A stretch of DNA of 63,969 nt from Octopus bimaculoides (Eukaryota), in NCBI RefSeq assembly GCF_001194135.2, contig NC_068987.1, forward strand, positions 13,631,646 through 13,695,614. The letters are read 5' to 3'. A program made the position numbers and the translations under genes. Below, piece by piece: positions 55,732 through 63,969 of the stretch (positions within the stretch are counted from its first letter, which is position 1; every line of letters begins with the position of its first letter). A model generated the notes under the pieces. That model was given only the letters and a program-made list of their open reading frames with translations, did no database searches and had not been told where the DNA came from.

Positions 55732-55925
55732 CCACCACTTAACAACCAGGGTTGGTGTGTTTACATCCCCATGACTTAGCAGTTTGGCAAAAGAGACAGC
55801 TAGAATAAGTACTAGGCTTTAAAAAAAATAAGTACTGGGATCGATTCATTGGACTAAAAATTATTCAAGGTGATGCCCCAGCATGGCTGCAATCTAATGA
55901 CAGAAACAAGTAAAAGATAAAAGAC
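55631..55925 (+). mobile_element. SINE family A 3' part with expanded (TG)n
   Basis: GCCTTGTGAGTAGATTTGGTAGACAGAAACTGAAAGAAGCCC, (TG)n, ...CAGCATGGCTGCAATCTAATGACAGAAACAAGTAAAAG. Confidence 0.85.
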
Positions 55926-56322
55926 AAGACACATGAAATGCCTTGACCAAACTTATTTTTTGATAGGTCCCTACAACAGATTTCCAACATCATTGCTTGA
56001 TCCTTGTAGAACATCATATCCTGAGTAATGGCAGGATGGCAACAACTAGAATGTACACAAGCTACTCTACTAGATATCTGATATGGGCTGCTGAGCCAGT
56101 GTGTCTCTCCTGGGTATTTAAATGGCCACCTCTGTGCCAGGTGTCTTCCTGAAGCAACAACAATAAACAGATTTTGTAATATTGAAACTAATGAGATAAT
56201 TTCACATGATCCAAGTATTCAAGCAAATAACAAATAAGATATCATGAGAGATTTGCTATTGCAAGCATTCAACTATGCAGGTTACACATAGGACCTAAAA
56301 GACAAAAGGTACGTCAATTTTT

Positions 56323-56356
<34 letters not shown>

Positions 56357-56658
56357 GTGTGTAGTGAATCAAAACCCCCCACCTCTGTCCACCTGCCAAA
56401 GACAAAAGAAGGTCTCATTTTAAACTTGGGACAAGAGATAATGTTCCCTTTGTCCCTGATGGATCCAAATGTACATCAGTCTAATGTCAATCTACCTGAA
56501 ATGAGAGGGAGAGTACACTTAGAGTTTGGATTGTTGATGAATCCAAAGAGATAGGATTATGAAACCAAGTTCTCACAATGCTTACTGGAATAGTTATCAA
56601 GTTACCCACCCTCCCTGAGACTCAATCATTTTTCAGCCCTTTCGATTGCTATATGCAA

Positions 56659-56950
56659 AGGCACATGGCTTAGTGGTTAAAGTATATGGCTCATGATCAT
56701 AAGGTCACAAGTTCGATTCCTGGCAGTACGTTGTGTTGTTGAGAAAGATACTTTATTTCACATTGCTCCACTCCACTCAAATGGCAAAAATGAGTAGTTC
56801 TTACATATCAAAGGGCCAGCTTGTCACACCCTGTATCATGCTGAATCTCCCTGTGGAGTGTTCAGCCACTTGCACTGTAATTTCATGAGCAGACTGATCT
56901 GATGATTGCATCAACTGGAACCCTCATTGCCATAACCAATGAAGTGCCAG
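56659..56950 (+). mobile_element. tRNA-derived SINE family D
   Basis: TGGCTTAGTGGTTAA (A box) ... AGTTCGATTCC (B box), followed by GTGTTGTTGAGAAAGATACTTTATTTCACATTGCTCCA. No tRNA 3' acceptor stem is visible. Confidence 0.7.
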
Positions 56951-58019
56951 TTCCTACAGCTATTAAAACAACCATTTACCTTTTATGAACTCTAACTTCA
57001 TTTCCCTCTTGATATACAGACTTCCCCTCCACTCATTATACCTACAGGTACTTATAAATCCCAGCAGATTCAAAGACCAAAAAGACCTTAAGAAAATTCA
57101 AATATAGAAACATATGGCAATGAACAAGATAAAAGGTATTTGTAATCACAGTGGGATTTAGACTACAAACAAGGGGGTATAAAGTATCTAAGCCCCACCA
57201 CCCGTTACTGTTAGGAACATTTCCATCAACCTTTACTTAACATCATGTTACACTCTTGTTACTAGAATTCTGCATGTTCTCGGTGATTTAATCTCAAAAC
57301 CTCTCATACATCTGGTAGGTAATGCAACTAAGACAAATATTTTTCAAGAGTGCTTTTATAAGAGTGAGATAAAACACAAAGTTGGATACTAATAAAGCTA
57401 ACAGGAATTTCAGATATATTATCACCAATGTACATTTGAGATACAGTTATTTATGTTTATGCAGATATTAGTTGAGAAGAATGAGTCAAAATGGGATCTA
57501 TTCTGAAAATCTGCCATCTGTGTGATGTATCACAGCCAAATATCCATCTACAAAAATTTTCTACTGTCTTATATCAACAGAATTAAGTACAAGTAGGAAT
57601 GTTGGTGGGGCATTCCCTATCTTTTGTTATAGAAATGGTAAAATATATATTAAGCCATTTACCCAGTAACAACCAAAAAATAACGAAGAAACACAAAAAA
57701 TTTTCTCTACCTACACAGTCAAAAGCTACACACTACTAGTGGCCATCAGGGCATATGTGAAAGAAATTCTGTTTCTATGTATATGTCTGTGTGCGATCAT
57801 AATTCTATAGCATCTTTCTTTCTTCCTTTCTCTCTCTCTCTCATATATATATCTTGTAAGTTGCTCAACATGTAATGTGATATGACAAAGAGAATTGAAC
57901 TCTTGTTTCCAAATAAAGATAATGACTTAAATCACAACTTCAGTCCGACTGAACAATGATTGACCCACTAAAGATAATGTGGAGCCTAGGATTGCATGAG
58001 CCAAATCACTCAAGTCTTC

Positions 58020-58717
58020 GAGTTGAAATCCCAATTTGAAAACAGATGGTATCATCTGCTTTCTAATGAAGATCTGCTATCATATTTACAACTATTTTAA
58101 TGCTCTAAAGCACTGCGATCTCAGTGTAAATCTTTTAACATCAGGTTATTTTGGAGAGTGAGTTCAGATGTGATTTGAAGCAGAAAAAAAAATTCGACAC
58201 ACATATTTAATTGGAACAGTACAATTATGAACAAGAGGATCCTCATTTTCTGATACACTTTTTTATTGTCCACCAATATTCATTCTTTGATATGGTTCGT
58301 AGTGGAGATGCATGTATTCTAGAGATACGTCTGAAGGAAATCTGGATTTCATTCAAAACTGGAAAATGATTTACCTAAGCTGCAATACCTTAAGCTTAGG
58401 AGAGACAAAATGCAAAGCAATGGCTCTCATTCATGCTCTCTCTGGATCAGACAGTACATCGGCTTTCAAGTTTAAGAGAAAGTGATTCTGTTTCAAGATG
58501 AAGAACAAGATTCAACACCTTACCAAAGAATTCACAGCTGTGCTAACAATTCATAACAAGATTCCCAACTGAAAGAGATTGTGATGAAGCAATTTATCTT
58601 GGAGCTACGCAACAAAAAATGATGTTCTGTTGTAAGATCAAGGACATGGAGTGTTACTGTCGCCTTACCTTGACCCCAACAAGAAATGCCTCAAATAAAG
58701 CATCAGCTTACAGGTGT
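58020..58717 (+). pseudogene. XPG/PIN-like nuclease-domain transposon relic, Academ-like
   Basis: Frameshifted translation YNYEQEDPHFLIH...LKEIWISFKTGK*F...LGETKCKAMALIHALSGSDSTSAFKFKRK...LTPTRNA matches the pattern CNHEEADTRxxLH...ELWxxFGTGK...LGxxKCxALPxxHAxxGCDTTSAFxGKGK...LPPTxxA. Confidence 0.7.
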
Positions 58718-59689
58718 GTGTGTAATATCTCTTTGTACTGACATCACATAATTAGAAGAAATTGTCACTGCCATGCAAGGGGTTCCCTTTATTCCTAATC
58801 TTTCACGAAAAACATATCTAGCCATGGGGAAATATTACCTTACTAGGCAACAGGAAGAGCTTTCAGCTCCAGAAAATCTTCCTAAATAAAATTCCATCCA
58901 GTTCACATAGACATGGAAAAGGGGACACTAAAACAATGATATATCATCATCATCAGTTAACATGCCTTGCTCAAGCTGACATTGGTTAAATGGGGTGACC
59001 ATAGCTGGAAAGCGGAGGGGGGGGGGCTTATTTTGAATGTCTTAAAGGTGCAGTACTGGCAGGTGATTTGTTGACAAGAAAATACAACAGCATCACAGTT
59101 CACAGTATTCAGAGAATATGTACACACACACACACACACACAAGAAGCTTATTTCAGTCTCTATCAAATACACTGGCACAGCTTTGGTTAGCCCAGTGCT
59201 GTAGAAGATATTGGCCCAAGGTGCTATGCAATGAAACTCAAAAGTAGCAAACTCCCTAATCACAAAGCCATGCTTGTGCCTTAGAAGTCGTAACACTACT
59301 TGTGGGACTACCACTAAACCAAAGAGACAAACAGATGAATAGACATGAAAACTGTATATATAGAATATAGAATCTACAATTAACTGCATTAATCTCACCA
59401 GCCTCAGAGGATCTGCAAAGGCTATAGCAGCCCTTTCCTCCAATCCAATAAAATAAATGAAACAAAATAAATTATATGAAATGTATATAATTTGTGTGTC
59501 CTCAAAATGAACTGAAGTTTCCCTATAGAAATTCTGAGTTTCTTATGGATTAGACTGTATTGGAATGGATTGCCCATGTTCAGTCCACTGGAGAACAAAG
59601 GCTTCAGTATATTCTCTCCACCAACCATAGTCTGATGTGGAGGCCATGAATCTGAGTTTGTGATCATACTGGTTTGATGAGCCTACTCT

Positions 59690-59925
59690 GCCATACAGGC
59701 TTGAAATGGCTTGGCAGAGGGGTGCAGTTTTTATATTTAGAAGTGGGAGTAGTTGAGTCAATCATACATTGACCCCAGTGCTCTACTGGTATTATTTTAT
59801 TGACCCCCGGAAGGGTGAAAGGCAAAATCAACCTCGGCAGAATTTGAACTCAGAACGTAAAGATAAAACGAAATACTGTAAGCATTTCGCTCAGCATGCT
59901 AACAATTCTGCCAGCTTGTTGTCTG
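59690..59925 (-). mobile_element. tRNA-derived SINE family C (MetaSINE-like central domain)
   Basis: Reverse complement: GCTGGCAGAATTGTTAGCA...GTTCTGAGTTCAAATTC (B-box-like) then GCCTTTCACCCTTCCGGGGGTCAATAAAATAATACCAG, resembling the recalled Meta domain. Homologues near 4400-4660, 21325-21535 (+), 38320-38465, 40628-40815, 42505-42710 and 54885-55045. Confidence 0.75.
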
Positions 59926-62900
59926 AGCTTCTTATATTTGATTAAATAACAGTCAATTCAAAAGTTGGAACTCCACAGAACTAGGAATAGGATAAAGAAA
60001 TAAATGCAAGCAACTTGAATTTATCAATAACATTAGGATGCCAAATTTTCAGCAAAGTATAGATATTTTTACAAAGGAACCTGAAGAAGAGGAAGGCCAA
60101 GGAGGATAAAGGGAAGATGCTTTTAAAGCTGATGTCTGAGTATTGAACCTCACAAGGAAAATGGCAAAGAATCACAAGTGGTGAGAGGTTACGCAGGAAA
60201 AGGCCCATCTAACTCATGCAAGCATAGAATAATTCACATAAAAATTATGATGAATAATAATTTTAATTTAATTATGAAATAAATATAATGGTTTTTTGGG
60301 GTTTTTTTTTTTTTTAAATTTTCAATCATACAAAAAACAAAAAAAAAGAGTTGACGGTTTGAAAGGGAAGGCATCTAGTAAAAGTATTTTATTGATGATT
60401 GCAGTGGTGGTGATGATTATATAAAAAAAATACTCTATTTTTGTCATGGCATTTAATCTATAGAGAGCCATTTTNNNNNNNNNNNNNNNNNNNNNNNNNN
60501 NNNNNNNNNNNNNNNNNNNNGTTACATTGACAGGTATTGAGTGATTATAGGTGAAAGAGGAATAACTTATTGATTACCAATTCCATGACTGTACAAGATG
60601 TTGCAGTGAGGAGAAATCCTCTGCAGGTAGAAAAATAATAATGATAATAATAATAATAATAATTGCAGATTTCAATGGAGGAAGGAGAAGGGGGGGGGGA
60701 GTATATTCAAAGTGATAACAGAAGTTCAACAGCCAGTAATATACTGTCTGGGTTTGTTAGTTCATAATGAAGGAAACTGGCATTTTAGTTCATTTGTATA
60801 TTATTTCTAATATCATGATGATGGTGATGATGGTGATAATCATCATCATCATCATTCCTTCCCTTCTTTACCCAGTAACCTCAGCTTTTCACAGAAGTTA
60901 TTTCTACTTGCTAAATTTACCAGGCGGGGGAGGAGGTGGAGTGTCATACCAAAATGGGAGAGGAGTAAATTACATAAGTAAAAAGAAGAAAACCCAGTGC
61001 AACTAAGTATTGAATTAAATGGGTGTGGGCGTGGCCGAGTGCTGAAAGATGTTTGCCTTACAACCAGAGCCTTCTGGATTTGATCCCACTGCACACAACA
61101 GAGCAACAGTTATCTACCACACTGACCAACACTCCACAAAATATGGTCAGTGGAAAATATAGTATGTGTAGAGCCATTGAGTAGAATGGGAGTGTATACA
61201 TGCACACATGCAGCACAACATATNNNNNNNNNNGGGGGGGGGGGGTACTGAATAGTCCCTGGCTTTGGGTAAAAGAAAATGTTCCCCTCTCAGATTTATA
61301 CACTTATTGCAGCAGTCCTTCATATTTTCTAAAACCCTGTAAAAGAACTCGGAAGGTTGGGCCACCAACCAGGCTTTCACAAAACTCTTAAAGCCGAGAA
61401 GTTTTTAGCATCCCCTTGTAAATACATTGGTTAGAGAACCGACAATAAACTGGTGCAGTGAAACAGAAATATCTAGCAGGATTTATTCCACCCAAGTTGC
61501 ACAAACACTCGCTTGTCACACTATTGTAAATACAATGAACCAGTGAGGAATGGCTTGTCGGAAACTTACAAGCAACAGCACTACTACTATTTACAAAATT
61601 AAAAGATCTAAAATTAAAAATTAAAATACGTAAACACAATTTCTTTTACATAATTAATTATCAGGAGTGAAAACTGAGCTGCACTGTTTATCAAGAATTT
61701 AATGTAAGGTTTATCAGAAGCAAAACTGCATTCGAAGATTGCATCAATAAGCTGTATCTGGTAAAAGTTTTAGATAGTGAACTGAAAACTACTAAGATAA
61801 TGGCTTACATGCAACTAAAGACATACTCTAGCAGACATCACGTACAATACAAAGTAATGTAATATTAGTGATGGAATGAGCTGTTGTTGTTCATGTTGTT
61901 TAGCGCCAGATTGGTTCTTATCTAGCAAATTTATACTTAAAAGCATTTCAGATATAACGAACCTCACTCCCGACCACCATTTCAAGGAAAACTACATTGC
62001 CCAATTTATCCTCTGATTTTTTGTTTTTAAACTAAGGAGGTACACGGGAGAAATTATTTGCTATTTTCAGTAAGTCAACCGACCAAAGAGGATATTATAT
62101 CTGCTCAAAATGGAATAAATGAATAAATTATATAGAAATACAACATTTAATTTGTGTATTTTCTGCACTCAGAAACCCCACCCAACCCATTTGTCTCTCC
62201 ACCTTTCACAACCCCTGCTGCATCCAAACCTACTGGCCCCAGACAAACCACTATATACATCTTGTCCTTCTTCCTTAGAACAACATCCCCCTGAAATTCT
62301 GTCTTTACACATGTCTTTCCTGCAGGTGTTAGTCAGTAACAATTTAAACCGATCATTAAATGGCATCAAACACATTGGTCTAGAAGGGTCTATAAAAGTC
62401 ATGAGCACTTCCCCTTCCTTTACAATCAGAAGAAAAAAAGAACCCCAAAATCTACAATTTCCAAATTCTTTCAAAATGACTCAAGTGTGAATGACAGAAA
62501 TAGGAGTAGAATATATGGTGTTATATCTTATCAATCCCAGAAGAATGAAACAAAAATTGATTCCACCTGAATTTGAACTCAGAACCTTAACTAAAGATCG
62601 CTATGTATTTTGTTCAATGTTCGAAGCATTCGGCTAATCCAACACCCTTGTTTGTATAATTGCTTGCGTAAATTATTGAAAATATAACCGAGTTGAAATT
62701 GTTTATCAGAAATACACGAACAATTCTCGTCGTCTTAAAATAAACAAAAACAAACAGAAAATAATTTTTGCAGTAACCCTTGAAGAGAAGCAAAACAAAA
62801 TTGTAAATTAACAAAGACAGCCATAGTTATATACGTTTTATAAAAGAAATTCGCCCCTCAGAAGAGTAGTGAAATCTTATTTGTAATAGTCGCCATTAGC

Positions 62901-63409
62901 ACCAATGTAATTCAGAAAAAAATTAAGGAAAGCGACATGAAAAGTGATGGAAGGGAGACAACTTATGTATTTCTAGTTCCATGAATTGCAGGCAGAAGTT
63001 TGATTGCCTTAATGGGCAGAGAATTCAAATATTTCGAGTTGGTCCTTATCTGTAGGGAAAATGAAGGGCGGGCTGAAATATTAGATTTTTTTTTTTAAAC
63101 TGTAGAGTAACATGTTTTAACTTTCTCAATAAAAGAACCATATTTTCGATAGCAAAGAGTTACATTCATTAGACAAACAGTTTGCATTTATGGGTAACTG
63201 ACACAATTCCACAGCATCTGCTGTTGGTCATAGACCGAGGTTGGTTGTTTTCCCCCAGCCCCTCTTCGACTGAATTCTTTAAATTGTGTTGTAGTTTATT
63301 GTATTCATATAACAGAACGACAAATTAACGAAGTTTTTGAAGGAAGTATATTAACATATAGTTCTAAATATTCCCAATTTATAAACTGTAAATCACTATC
63401 GTCATTTAA

Positions 63410-63600
63410 CCCCTTTATTTTTTTTTCCATGCTGGCATAGGTTTGCGAAGAACAGAGGAGCCGGAGGGCTCCGTCACGTTCTGTGCCTGCTTTGGTATGG
63501 TTTCTACAACTGGAAGTCCTTCCTAACAGCAGCCACTTAACAGAGTGTACTAGCTGCTTTTTCGTGGTACCAGCACTGAAGTCGCCAAGAACCTGCAAGA
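63410..63600 (-). mobile_element. SINE family B fragment
   Basis: TTTTCCATGCTGGCATAGG...CTTCCTAACAGCAGCCACTT...GGTACCAGCAC. Confidence 0.7.
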
Positions 63601-63924
63601 TAATTTCCCTCAACTGAACAGGGTACACACTGGAGTAAGAAATTATGATAGTGAGAGAGAGAGACACACACACACACATACAAATGTGTGTGTATATGTG
63701 TACGTGCGCGCGCGTGCATGTGTGTACACATACATATACACAATACAATTTTTTTTACAGTGCCATGCATTTAATCTTCTAAACTTAATCTCTCGTCTAC
63801 CCCTAAGATTTAACATTTCCTCAAACTTTTCGTCATCCCTTTCCTCTGGGAAGTAATACAAGTAATATACTTAAACACTGCCGTCTAATACAACTCACGT
63901 CCACCAAAAATTGTCCTGCGTTTA

Positions 63925-63969
<45 letters not shown>

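Noticed and set aside
56659-56730. tRNA-like A and B boxes
   Set aside because: No complete cloverleaf; it continues into a SINE body, so it is not called a tRNA gene. The same applies to the other SINE heads.
63643-63861. Minus-strand ORF with DDEKFEEMLNLRG, loosely like the liprin N-terminal D.NFEQLM motif
   Set aside because: No MPTISE and no ERD..L..LRE continuation; no convincing phase-0 donor; runs into a microsatellite.

Overview
AT-rich, gap-containing animal genomic scaffold. The SINE families, dense microsatellites and large introns suggest an octopod cephalopod (Octopus sp.); this is pattern recognition, not a database result. The window lies inside one minus-strand gene, liprin-alpha (PPFIA/SYD-2 family). 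Two short conserved coiled-coil exons are clear: 27463-27564 ([34 protein letters not shown]) and 9065-9229 ([55 protein letters not shown]). Both are phase 0 and are separated by an 18.2 kb intron. The canonical first coding exon (MCxVMPTISE...PQ) is not visible. Instead a 36-codon ATG-started exon at 53296-53403, ending in a perfect phase-0 CAG|GTAAGT donor, could supply an alternative N-terminus; this is the best candidate novelty. The rest is intronic: several tRNA-derived SINE families, a decayed RTE LINE sharing its 3' tail with one SINE family, relics of maT/mariner, hAT (Buster/Charlie-like) and Academ-like transposases, pogo/Tc2-like and TTAA-flanked MITEs, a degenerate hammerhead-like motif, and microsatellites. 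Nearly all ORFs in the supplied track are microsatellite, gap or SINE artefacts. SINE and relic boundaries are approximate.
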